Shown here piece by piece: positions 1 through 11,344 of a stretch of 64,000 bases of DNA. Made by a program: the position numbers and the translations under genes. Location: assembly GCA_965113315.1 (NCBI GenBank), contig OZ220372.1. One strand, 5' to 3'. The notes under the pieces were generated by a model. It was given only the letters and a program-made list of their open reading frames with translations, searched no databases and was not told the origin of the DNA. Numbering within the stretch: position 1 is the first letter of the stretch; the number at the start of each line of letters is the position of its first letter. The DNA comes from Podarcis vaucheri. Lineage: Eukaryota.

Positions 1-99
1 AGGCTGGAAATGGGCGACTAAAGCTAAAGCCTCTGGGCTAAGGAGGAGCCATGATTGAAGCTTATTTAAAAGAGAAATTGTGTTGAGAGGTTTTCTCTC

Positions 100-270
100 T
101 CTCCCTCTTTCATAAGAGCTCAGGGTCATTCAATTAAAATGATTGTCAGCCAATTCAGGACAGAGAAAAGACATTGCTTCTTCACACAATGTATGATTAG
201 CATACAGAATTTGTTACCACCATTTGTAGCAATTGCTCCTGGCATAGATGGCTCAGAAAGGGGATTATAG
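100..270 (+). mobile_element. Degraded CR1-like LINE 3' fragment
   Basis: 'agggtcattcaattaaaatgattg...ttcaggacagagaaaagacattgcttcttcacacaa' resembles the end of CR1 ORF2 and its 3' region. Confidence 0.5.
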
Positions 271-2133
271 CCAAAAGTGCCATGGAAACTAGCAGAATAT
301 TTCAAAATTTACCAAACACCTTTCTAATCATTGCTGTATCAAGACTATAACTAGTCCTTTCAAAATGGTCAAGTTATCCTCCTCTGCCCTCTTTGAAAAA
401 ATAGGGGGGAGGACGGGGACTCTGATATGGAGCAGTGGTGAGGCTATTTTTTATTTTACAAGAAGAGCCTTTGCCCATCTTATTGTTAAGGGTAAGACCT
501 GCCCATTCCTGCCAATTATTTAAATTCCCCTCCTGAAACTATCCTTCCCACTTTTACCGGGGTCCTATCAAAGTAATGGTGCTGGGAACATTCAGCACAT
601 CTTACATTTTAATCCTCTGAAAAATGCACCGCACAGAACATATTGTTTCAGCTCAACGCCAAGTCAGACTATCATCCTAAGCACTCCTCTGAATGTCTTT
701 TCCATTGAAATGGTAGACACCTGAACTAGAGCTTTTGAATGCAATCAATAAGACTGCTTTAGAGTAAGTACCCTGAGGATTGCCATAATCTTTTCTCTAT
801 AATGAAAAACAGGAAATAGGAATCGATTTTCTATTTGTGGAAGCATTACTGAATACAAAAGATATCGCTCTTCTACACTGATCTATTCTTTTTTACAATT
901 TATTGGCCTTACAGGTTCCAGAATTAAACTCTCCAACCCAACCATGAAACAAAGATTTAGTGATCAGTCTGACAGGGGACAGAATGAGACAGAACGAGCG
1001 CACTGAATTTATGGAGTCAGGCTGGATTAATGGAGTTTGTACAGTAAGCTCAAGTTGGAATACATTTGACGTATTTTATTATTAATAGTAGTAGACATCT
1101 TGCTTCTTTCATTTGGAGAGAACAATCCTGTCATCTCTCATATGGACCCACAGAAGTCAAATCACACAATTGCCGCTACAGGCCAGATGGAACCTAGTGA
1201 TTTAGCAATGGGATGTTTGCCACTCCTTTGGCAAGACACCAAGGCTAACAGCCCAGGAGTGAAGGTTACTCACTGGCTATGCAGAGGCTCTGTCCCAAGC
1301 AAGGGTGCAATGCAGGCAGGGACCTAGCGAGCCCATAGAGATCATATTGAGAACCTTGACTTCCAAGGTAAGAGGGAGAAACCAGCTGGTACCACGCATT
1401 CTGGCCTCCTAGATCCTGTGATTTCTGGATGAAGGTTAAACCAAACTGTACCAGTCCAACTGGCTACTTTCTTGACCTTCCTGACCAAGGCCCATTAGGA
1501 TCCTTGCTGATACCCACCCAACCTGTGTGTGTGCTCTTCCCCCTATGAGCTTACTCTGGTATAGGGACTAAGACACAGGCACACCTGTACAGTACTGGAT
1601 ACCACATTTACAAGTTGGAATGTGGGCTGGATTTGTATGGGAGACATTGGATTGTCTCCCATTTGAACCTTCATGCACATGAAGACCTTCTTCAGATGTT
1701 TGACCTACCCATTTAATGTAGAATGAAGTGAGTGGCAACATGGACCAGGGCCTTCTTGGTAGTGGCACCAACATTTTGGAACTTGTCACTGAGAGCAGGT
1801 TTAAAAGAGGCAATCTTATACATTGGGAGTAAGACCCACTGAACACTTCCACAACATGTGAAGCTTTGTCAAAATCAAACTCAATAGCCCCAATTTAATT
1901 AAATTTGGCCACACTTAACTCCCACTTCATTTTCAATGAGACTTTTGAATAATTAACTTTCTTTAGGGCCAGTTTATATTCATCAGGATTTAAGCTTAAA
2001 TGATTTCCTGAATCAATTTTGACTTTGAGGGCACAGAGTTTTAAGAATAGTATCTTTGCCTTTTGCACATCTCTGCAAGCATGTGAACCACACCAGATAA
2101 AGACGGAACAGAGCTGAGAGAGCAGAATATACA

Positions 2134-2139
2134 TTTATT
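2134..2139 (-). promoter_or_regulatory. Candidate CCER1 polyadenylation signal AATAAA
   Basis: tttatt on + strand, about 70 nt after the CCER1 stop codon. Confidence 0.55.
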
Positions 2140-2210
2140 TAAGAATCTGGAGATCAAGATCTCTTCTGAACTATCGAGGAATACAAACGCATAGTCCAGT
2201 CATTGTATTT

Positions 2211-2975
2211 TTATGGCTCACAGGAAATACTCAGGTGAGATTCCAGACCTATATCTTCATATATTTGGTTTTTCTGACTACTCTCATCTTCTCCAACTTC
2301 CTCATCTCCCATGAAAATATTTACTTGTGGGCTCATAGCCGAAATGGTGGCCATGCAACTGGCATTTGGAAATACCATGTCACAATCATTCTCTCCGGTA
2401 GATTGCTGTTGTTCTGATTTCTCTTCTTCTCTTTTGTCGGCAGCAGCTGCTTTTTCCGCCGCTGCCCTTTTCTTCTCCTGGCGCATGTCTTGGTACACCT
2501 GATGCATGATAAACTGTGTTGTGTTCCTAGGGGCACGCATTCCTGGTGCCCTCCATCCACACAGATTCATGGGGCGCAGTCTCCCCTTTACAGCTGCATG
2601 CATAAATGCTAACAAACGCTGGCTCTTCCGCTTCCGATTACGGCGGTGACTTCTCCCAATCCTACAACATCTGGATTTCCACTGGTGACTTGCACACCAA
2701 TGCTTTGCTTTCTCCTTCTTATGTGATCTTTTCTTCTTCCAATAGCCTCCCCTTTTCTTCCATGGTCTACCATTCCCAGAGAACGTACCGTTCTTCCGTT
2801 TGGAAAAGTGACAAGCTTTGGGCTTCTGCACTTTGGTATCGTGATGGCTACCGTGAGACACTCCTGGATCACTTCTTTCACCATTTTGGTCCCTTCTTCC
2901 CATGTTGGGCCATTGTTTGGTATATCCTAGTTGCAGAGACAGCTGCTGATAACACCGCCGTCCCTGTCTCCACAT
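2211..2975 (-). CDS. CCER1: Coiled-coil domain-containing glutamate-rich protein 1 (single exon). First in-frame ATG is at 2975, a stronger-Kozak ATG is at 2903, and the frame stays open upstream to 3257
   Basis: LRPMNLCGWRAPGMRAPRNTTQFIMHQVYQDMRQ matches the CCER1 core as recalled for human (RPVKLYEWREPGMRAPPNTTQFIMNQIYEDMRQ). Intronless, same strand and directly downstream of EPYC, as in mammals. The ORF-track start at 3221 is TTG, not ATG. Confidence 0.85.
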   Translation of the reverse strand: MWRQGRRCYQQLSLQLGYTKQWPNMGRRDQNGERSDPGVSHGSHHDTKVQKPKACHFSKRKNGTFSGNGRPWKKRGGYWKKKRSHKKEKAKHWCASHQWKSRCCRIGRSHRRNRKRKSQRLLAFMHAAVKGRLRPMNLCGWRAPGMRAPRNTTQFIMHQVYQDMRQEKKRAAAEKAAAADKREEEKSEQQQSTGENDCDMVFPNASCMATISAMSPQVNIFMGDEEVGEDESSQKNQIYEDIGLESHLSISCEP

Positions 2976-3338
2976 TTCAGGAGATAATTGGGAAGCCTCT
3001 TCCAAAAAAATACCTTTCCAACTTTCGTTTTTTTCCTCCCTGGGAGTTTCTCCTTCCACAGCAGCCACTGCTTGTGCTGTTAGTTCTGTATTGTGTGGTT
3101 TGTGCCTTCTGCCCTTAACCAGCTGGGCACACACTCCTGATTTTCCAGTAATTTGTTTTCCTGGTCGTTTTCTGTTGCTCCCTCTTTCTTTGTGGCTTTG
3201 GTGCCACTGCTCGTAATACAATGAGACCCCGGTGTGAGATGCTGCTTTGACCCAGATTCAGTGGGCCATAGGTGTCATGCCACTAGGGGTGGTAACTTCC
3301 TTTCCTCTTGGGAGCCTTGTATAGATTGAATAAAGCAT

Positions 3339-3525
3339 CGTCATCACCCTGGGCAACAGGGAACCAATCATAAAGCAATGGGTGGGGCTGTAACTGGACA
3401 TTCCGCCAGCTTTTAACAGGGTGGGGTTGTGATAGGTGTTCTTTTGAGAGCAGCTCAGTAGAATCAAAGACTCTTGTCTTCTTTAGGCTCCAGGGCAACT
3501 GACTCCACACAACTGTCATGGTAGC
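3339..3525 (-). promoter_or_regulatory. Putative CCER1 proximal promoter (half-CRE, RFX X-box-like sites, CCAAT box)
   Basis: CGTCA 3339-3343; ATCACCCTGGGCAAC 3343-3357; CCAAT 3364-3368; GCTCCAGGGCAAC 3487-3499; ACTGTCATGGTAGC 3512-3525. Confidence 0.4.
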
Positions 3526-3812
3526 CATGTTGGTGTGCATCTTTTAGCCAGACATAGCTTAAGGCAAATACTATTTTCAGATACCCCAATCCAGTGTAAC
3601 AGTAATCAATAAAGACTGACCTGTGCCATATGACATCTTTAATGACTTCAACATAAGCTGTTACCAAAGATTAAGTAATGAATGAGTTCTGCTTTTCAGA
3701 ACAGAAGGCAGAAAAACAAACCCGTCTCATGATTTCCCTGTCCAAATTACACAGGGATGATGTGAATAAACTGCCCATGACCCCATATTTAATTTTCTAT
3801 GTCTGCCATATA

Positions 3813-3814
<2 letters not shown>

Positions 3815-3888
<74 letters not shown>
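3815..3888. repeat. Compound (GT)n(AT)n microsatellite
   Basis: Directly visible. Confidence 0.95.
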
Positions 3889-3892
<4 letters not shown>

Positions 3893-4009
3893 TTTCTTTC
3901 CGCAGGGCCTGTAAGAGTTGTTCCGCCTGGCCTTTGGCTTGGAGCCAATTTGATTCCCTCCCTCTCTTTCTTTTTTTCTTTCCTTCTCTTCCTGCGTTGA
4001 GGCTACATT

Positions 4010-4148
4010 TTATTTTAATGTTGTAATATTTTAATGTTGTCTTTTAATTTTGTTTTTAAGTTGTAATCATTCAACTTGTTTTTATTATTGCTTGTAAGCT
4101 GCTCTGAGCCCGGCCTTGGCTGGGGAGGGCGGGGTATAAATAAATAAA

Positions 4149-4201
<53 letters not shown>
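4010..4201 (+). mobile_element. L2-type LINE 3' end with (ATT)n tail
   Basis: 'tgtaagctgctctgagccc...gggcggggtataaataaataaa' followed by (ATT)n, a typical squamate L2 terminus. Confidence 0.65.
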
Positions 4202-4202
<1 letters not shown>

Positions 4203-5039
4203 TCAGGACAGTTCCTACAAATGATGCTTGGGTAACAGTCAACGTGTTTCTATCTACCCAAACTACTGATGCAGTAACACTTAACATTCTGTTTTGTGCA
4301 GAATGTCTGGGCCCACAAACTGCTAATATCTTAATGCACATATGGATTTTATAGCTAGAAACTCTGTTTCTTATAAATGTATGTATTTGGTTATAGTTAA
4401 ATTTTAACTTTGAGTTGATAGAGCACACCCTACAGAATATGCCCTTCTTCCAGTTTATCAAAAGGTTGAAGGCAGAAGAAGCTAACTTTTAAATACCCAA
4501 AGGATTAACTACAGCCATATTGGGGGGGGGGTTGACTTGGAGCAGACAAGTATCAGGGAGAGGGTTCTCTTAGAACCCTTTCCTTTCCCAGTGCTACTCA
4601 GCTACAAGTAGGTCTGCTCCAGCCGGTTTTTCGTCGTCTTGACTATAAATGTGCTTTGATCTATGCATGGAGAAAGGCTACAGGGCAGTTTGTAGCAGAG
4701 ACCTAGCAGGCAGTATAGGGGCCCCGGAGCCCCTCCTGTTCCTCCCTTCCAGTTGTTGTTGTGGTTTGTTGTTGTTTGTAAGAAAGCTGGTTTGGATTCA
4801 GTTTCAAATGTCTCTGTGTAATGTGTAGTTAGGTCTGGAGCAGAATATAAAATAACTCCCTTTCTCAGTTATTGTACGGCATTCCAATTTGGATACAAGC
4901 ATTTAACAGAGAAGTTGAACAAATTCAAGTGACTTTTCTTCTTAAGATCCATTGTGACCCTAAATCCATAAGTTACTTAACCCTATGTGTTGAAACTGGT
5001 CAACATCTGATGGAAATCAATGCATGGCTCACTACAATC

Positions 5040-5820
5040 AAGGCATGCTGAAAGTCCACTTTAGAACAACATCTAACTCCTTCTTAACCTCTATGCTTGA
5101 AGACCTGGATAGTATAGAGTAATTCAAGATAAAATCCGTAGTTTGGGCATTGCTCTTGAGAGCCTTGAAGCATGTGACGAAAGTTACATATTCCAAATAA
5201 TCAAACAGCGACTCTGCGACCATGAAAGACAGTGCTTGTTACCTCATACTCCAAGATCCTATTCTCTGGAGGCCTTAGGTATTACAACACCCTACGGAAC
5301 CTGTGCCAAATATCTAAAGGATCTACTACTCCCTTCCCATTGAAGAGCCTTTATGCTCGCAAGATTAACTGCCTTCCCCTCTGTAGTGACCAAAGGTAGA
5401 TTCTCACATGCCCCATATCAAGCCCATTTGTGTGCCTGCAACCAAGAGGTACCTGATTCAATGGACCACATTCTCTTAGATTGCTCTCTACACAGTAGAC
5501 CTCGCCAACTGATACTGAGCAAAATGTTGGACCTCCGGCCTGTAACTCTGAGAAGAAGTCAAATGAGGTTTCTCCTGACAGATCAGGACAAAGATATCCC
5601 TGCTTTAGTAGCTTCCTTTTTAGCCACAATTTTACCCGAAAGGGTTCCCAATGAACCATCCTTTCAGGGAACAGACAGGGCGAAGCAGAATATCTAAGTG
5701 CACACAATCACAGTGTGACCTTATGACCCTTGACAGCTTCACCCTTGTCCTTTTAATTATCCCAGTGACCTGAAATGTTTTAGATTGTGATGCCAATAAA
5801 GGTCTTTGATTTGATTTGAA
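5040..5820 (+). mobile_element. 5'-truncated non-LTR retrotransposon (RTE-X-like) ORF2 C-terminus and 3' tail
   Basis: ORF 5353-5697 has a C-x-C...H-x4-C knuckle (LCACNQEVPDSMDHILLDC). Ends with AATAAA and a (TTTGA)n tail. Confidence 0.6.
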
Positions 5821-6129
5821 AAATAACTTAATGAGATCCAAAATTGCCACAATATGATCAGAAACACTTCTGTTCATCCCAGGTTCTTTTCCCCTGACTC
5901 CCACATTGCTCCGCATCCCGTTGTACACCATCCCACGGCTTTCTAACGTGTTTCCCAATCCTCAGGATTAGCTTCCAGGGGGAAAGGAGGGGCTGCAGTG
6001 AGACAGGGTGTGTGTGTTGAAAAGCCCCATCATAAGCAGAATGTTGCCATGGAGCTCAGGATCCAAGTTTTTGTGTTTATGCAGGTAACCAAGCCTATCA
6101 ATAGTCTATTGATATGTATGCAATAAAGT

Positions 6130-6480
6130 AAGGTAAAGGTAAAGGGACCCCTGACCATTAGGTCCGGTCGTGGCCAACTCTGGGGTTGCGGCGCTCATCT
6201 CGCTTTATTGGCCGAGGGAGCCGGCGTACAGCTTCCGAGTCATGTGGCCAGCAGGGCTAAGACGCTTCTGGCAAACCAGAGCAGCACACGGAAATGCCGT
6301 TTACCTTCCCACTGGAGCGGTACCTATTTATCTACTTGCACTTTGACGTGCTTTTGAACTGCTAGGTTGGCAGGAGCAGGGACCGAGCAACGGGAGCTCG
6401 CCCCATCACGGGGATTCAAACCGCCGACCTTCTGATCAGCAAGCCCTAGGCTCTGTGGTTTAACCCACAGCGCCACCCAC
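6130..6480 (-). mobile_element. Sauria SINE, near full length
   Basis: Reverse complement of the copies at 52034 and 61040: tRNA-like head and (ACCTTT)n tail. Confidence 0.9.
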
Positions 6481-6524
6481 ATCTAGGGTTTAATCTATGG
6501 CTCAGCTGATGGGGCTAAACCTGC

Positions 6525-6750
6525 TCCTTCATTCATGGTGGAGAGGGTTATCAATGGATACTTCCCATGATGGTTATGTTCTGCAGAGTCAGAAATGCTT
6601 CTGAATACCAGTTATTCAAAACCCCAGTATGGGAGAGTGCAGCAATGCTCTAATTCTGCATGCACGTTTTCCACAGGCATCAGGTCAGCCACCATGAGAT
6701 CAAGATGCTGGACTAGATGGGCCATTGGTCTGATCCAGAAAGCTTTTCAT
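6525..6750 (+). mobile_element. CR1-type LINE 3' fragment
   Basis: 'gatgctggactagatgggccattggtctgatccag' is a typical CR1-like 3' terminal motif in squamates. Confidence 0.55.
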
Positions 6751-9066
6751 TAACATCTGCAGGCAGTCCTGTTCAAGGAAGTTTTTAATGGTTGGTGTTT
6801 TATTGTGCTTTTAATACTTTCTTGGGAGCCGCCAAGAGTAGCTGGGGCAACCTAGTCAGATGGGAAGCATATAAATATTATTATTAGTTATTAATTTCCC
6901 TATGTCATCAAGGCCAGGTGGCAAATTTCACCCCATAAACATTTGAATGCTGCACCCTTTTGCTTTCTCAGATAAAAGGCTGCTATTCACTCTTATGAGA
7001 AAAAAGCAAAACACTGCATTCTATTGGAAAGAAATCGAAGTACCATTCCAAACTATGCCGAAAGTTCAGCTTCAGAAACTTGGCCATTAAATAAAACAAA
7101 GGCTCTGCTTCTAATATGTTCCTTCATTGATTCTTATCAGCGTGACTGAGAAGAATGACCATTTGAAAAGATAATGAATTATCTCCTTTCATTCTCTATC
7201 AGTACAGGAGCTGTCACAAATTCAGACACAGGCTTAATTTCCACCTTGCCTAGCTTGATTCTCCAGACACTTTAGGGAAGCTAAAAAGCATGAGAGTTCT
7301 GTAATCCTGATACACAGAAACTTCAGCCAGAATAACTAGATAACTTATCCAGTCTGTTGTTAAAGAGCACCCAACTTTAAATACACACACAAAATACAAA
7401 TATGAGGATTTGACAAGCTTTATTTATAATATCTCAACACATGATGGCAGTAGTACTCTTTAAAATGGTGATACCAATGCAAGTAAATTATCAACATTCT
7501 AAGAACATGATATTATTTGCAAAGATTTTTTTAAAAAAACAAATAAACCAGAGGTTGGCTAAATTTCCGAGTATTTGCCGTCTTAGTTGCTAGTAAAAAA
7601 AGATCAACAGTTGTTGACAGAAACCACATGGATAGGAAAAGGAGAGGTCTAAAGATAGATGCATGTGGCTCCTATCATTTCTACTGCACATATGCGTGCA
7701 AGTGTGGCTTTGACTTTAATCTGCACCCTGTATTAAGAAGCTCAACTCTTACAGCTGAGGTAATAAACCTTTTGGGCTGGAGGCTGCATTGACTTATGGT
7801 CAACCCCTCCAGAGACTGCATGCCAAAGTGCAGGTCGCCAAAATGTAAACGAGTGTGACGATTGTTTCTTTTCTAAAGAAAACTCCAAGGGTTCCCATGC
7901 TTTTTATAGTTGGTTGACTATAGGATCAATCAGTTAATATGTATTAATATAGACATTAAAGTATTGTTTTAAAATGTACCAGGACTGGCTTAGAGGGCCA
8001 CCAAAAAAGCATTTGTCATCATGGCATCGAAACGGGATCCAAAGAAGCCATTAAAAAATGTACATGGCAAATTGTGGGAGGCAGGTCTTAGTAGACTACA
8101 ACTCTTGGGAACCAGTTGTAGATCGTGGGCTATGGATTAGACATCCCTGTCTCACAACAAATAGATAGCAACATTTGTGATATCTCGATTGAATATTAAC
8201 AAATATTTGCCCTTGAAAAGAAGCCCCTATTTTGACCATTTTTAAGGGAGTAATGAAAGGGCCGCAGAGAATAAATGCTGGTCCTGTGAGCAAGTAACTA
8301 TATAGACACCCTCTAGTCTCAATGATCTTGGCAACCAGATCAATGCCTTTGCTCCTGCATAAAATTTTGTTGCATTGTACTGTAGCAATGAAAGTAGAGC
8401 AGCAGAATGGGAAGCACTGGCTGGCTAGGCATTGGAGTGAACATCTGAGTACACATTGGAACACATGTAAGAATGCCCCTTTAAGCACAAATCACATTGC
8501 TCTCAAATGAATGTTATTTATTTATTCAATAGAAGATTTATTGCTTGCAGCCATAGACCATTGCATATAACACAAATAAAAAAAGAAAACACCTAAAATA
8601 CAGACAGTGAAAGAGTGAGTCTGCAATAAATCACACCATTCAAAGTTGGAGTTAACACTTTATTAGCAAAAACACAACCTTCACAGACTTGGCTGAGTGT
8701 CAGGCCTAATGAGCACAGCAGCTCATCCCTGGTAGTTTTACGCCATGAATCAGTTGCCAAGAATGTGTGCAGCCTGTCGCTGCTCCGTCCATTTCAGCCC
8801 AATTCTGGTTCTGGGAAGCAGGGAGGGAGGGGAGCTTGTGGCAGCATGAGGAGGAGCAAACTGCCACACTCAGAGCTTTGGGAAGGTCAGTTGATTCAGT
8901 AAGTCCAAGCCATCTATCTGCTCTGACCCTGACTAATTGCTACATTCCTTCTATCTTGCATGTAATCTCAGCCTATTGGAACCAGTCACAGCCAGGACAG
9001 GACAATTCTAATTTAAGCAGAACTGACCACTGTAGGCACTGCTCTGTTTTAAGGACAGTATCTTCT

Positions 9067-9886
9067 TTTCTTTTTTTAAATGTATTTTTATTAAAGATTT
9101 TCTTGGTTTACAAAAGTATGTGCAATCTCTCTTTTAATTCCAAGTAACATTTTTTACGGATCAGTTTCATTTGTTGAGACATTAGGAAGAAAAGGGGGAA
9201 AGAGGTGGAGGGGGGAAAGATGAGTGGAGGTGGGGTCAGGTGGTGATATTTCTATTTTACTTAATATATGTGGGGTTTTGTGTCAGCATCGCTTGTGCAG
9301 GTTCTCTGCTATTCACTTGTGTTCCTTTGGTGGTGAGAGAGGTTGGGGTTGGCCTAGGGTGTGGTTGTTCAATTGTGGTTGGCTGTGGTGGTCTTCGTTT
9401 TCATGTGTGAGTGGGGTGGGTGGGTGTTTTGGATCAGGTTAGCCATATTGATTTGTATGTTGGTGGATTTTGTCATTGTCTTGTTGGGCTGTTTATGTGA
9501 TAAAGGGGAGCCATACCAGGGTGAAGGTGTCTTCTTCTATTTGTCCCCATGTCAGTTTCAGTTTATTGGTTAACTTTTCTAGTAAGGCTGTTTCCCATAC
9601 TATTTGGTACCATGCTTACTCCTGACAGGTCTCTCCAGTGTCTGGTTATGATGTTTCTGACTGCTGAAAGTAGGTGGGTTATGAGTTCTTTGTGGTGTAA
9701 ATGGGCAGGAACCTCACCAAAATGCTGGAGAGGGTGCACCTCCACAGGCACATACCTCCACATGTGGTGTGAGTGCCCCAAAATCCAACTATTCTGCACA
9801 ACAGCCATACAAGAAATATGTAAAATAACTAAGCAAGTATTAGAAACCACCCCAGAATTGGCCCTACTAAACATCTTCCAAGACAA
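9067..9886 (-). mobile_element. 5'-truncated L1 with 5' inversion, flanked by a 17-bp TSD
   Basis: TSD taaggacagtatcttct at 9050-9066 and 9887-9903. A-rich tail and AATAAA on the - strand at about 9067-9091. ORF2 CCHC segment (CWRGC...HMWCECP) is on + at about 9707-9886; its continuation (KELITHLLSAVRNIITRHWR) is on - below about 9705. Confidence 0.85.
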
Positions 9887-10924
9887 TAAGGACAGTATCT
9901 TCTAAACTGTCATGGACACTTGAAGTAAGTATTAGGTAGTGTGATGCTAGAGAGGAAAGCATATATGTAGAAGGTAAATACTGACTGAATGTTGGGGACA
10001 GAGTTTCTTAGGAAGTAGTGCTTCATATTTGAATGTTTTCTCCCCTTTGGTGTATTAAAATATATGAACAGAAACATTCTGTAAAGTTTCTACAATACAC
10101 TTGGTATTGCTCTGCACTTATTTCCATAGTGTCAGGAACTATTGAAATATACCATTTCACAGAAGTCTTCTACTGTTGCTTTGAGTTGGTTGGTGAGTTT
10201 AGTAGAGAAGCGGGGAATTTTATTTCTTCACTATTATCTAGCACAAAATTACTGTGAAGACAATACACATACTTGGTGTACATTTTTTTACTTATACAGT
10301 ATAAGGACAGTTTCCATGTTTCCTCTTTAGTACAAAGCAGTGTTCAACATTTTACAAGAGAGTATATTTATTTTTAATATTAATGTTTTAGTAAAATAAC
10401 CTGATCTGGCACCTAGCTGCCCTCTATAGCAAGTAGGACGCTGGCCTATATGGAGCTTTGGTTTCATCCAGACAGGACTTTTGTTACATTTTTATGAAAA
10501 AAATTATGGAAAACCTTTACATATAGAATATGATTAAAAACAAGGTAGCATGGGTCATTTTCTATTTATATACAATTCTTATAGCTTTACTATTATAATT
10601 TTAACGTGGATAAAATTATGAACCATGTATCATTAATATTCAGTTTCTCTAATACTTATTCATTCCCTTCTCCTTTCATCATAGTTATCATGTCAGCTAT
10701 TCTGCACTGATTACAATGCACTGGTTACAATATGGAAGCAGGGTATACTTTAATAGAGAATGAATTAGTATTCAGCACTGTGCGTTACTGACTGCAACTG
10801 TTTACTTATTATTTTACACCAATACAACCATATCATACTGTCAGAAGCTTTTGAAGCAGTTTGCTTTAGAAAGCATACTTGCAAAAGAAATTATGTTACA
10901 TGACATTTTCGTTATGGCCTAAGC

Positions 10925-11095
10925 CTAAAAAAGGCTCCCAACAGGCAGACGGGGTAGACACATGTACGCATGAGGGGTTTTGCTCAGATTAATGGGATTG
11001 CCATCTAGCCTGATGTCTTCGAGAGATTTGCGGATGTAAGAATAATCCTTCATTTTGCAGAAAGTATCTTCATGCATTTCTTGTATATTGTTGTT
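10925..11095 (-). CDS. EPYC: Epiphycan last coding exon (NNNIQEMHEDTFCK...CLPRLPVGSLF*)
   Basis: tttag acceptor at 11096-11097, TAG stop at 10925-10927, 171 nt. Confidence 0.95.
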   Translation of the reverse strand, partial: NNNIQEMHEDTFCKMKDYSYIRKSLEDIRLDGNPINLSKTPHAYMCLPRLPVGSLF

Positions 11096-11344
11096 CTAAA
11101 AAGAAAACAAAAGATTTATTAAAGCCAGTATTTAAATTCCAATTTAAATGTCAGTTTGTCAACAATAACCTAATAATTAGTAATAGCGTGCACTGGATTT
11201 GGATAGATCCTGGGGCCAAGCAGGATGCCTCAGAGAAATTTTGGTTTTTTTAGAGGTGAAGTGGGATATCAAAGAGGCACAAGTCAAAGCCCCAGGGCTT
11301 TGTGATGGTCAGATGAGAAATTGAATCAATAATAATAATAAGTG

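Noticed and set aside
2606-3118. 170-aa + strand ORF overlapping CCER1
   Set aside because: Antisense shadow of the purine-rich CCER1 frame; no recognisable domain
3678-4000. ORFs with CV/YI/TH dipeptide runs
   Set aside because: Translation of the (GT)n(AT)n microsatellite
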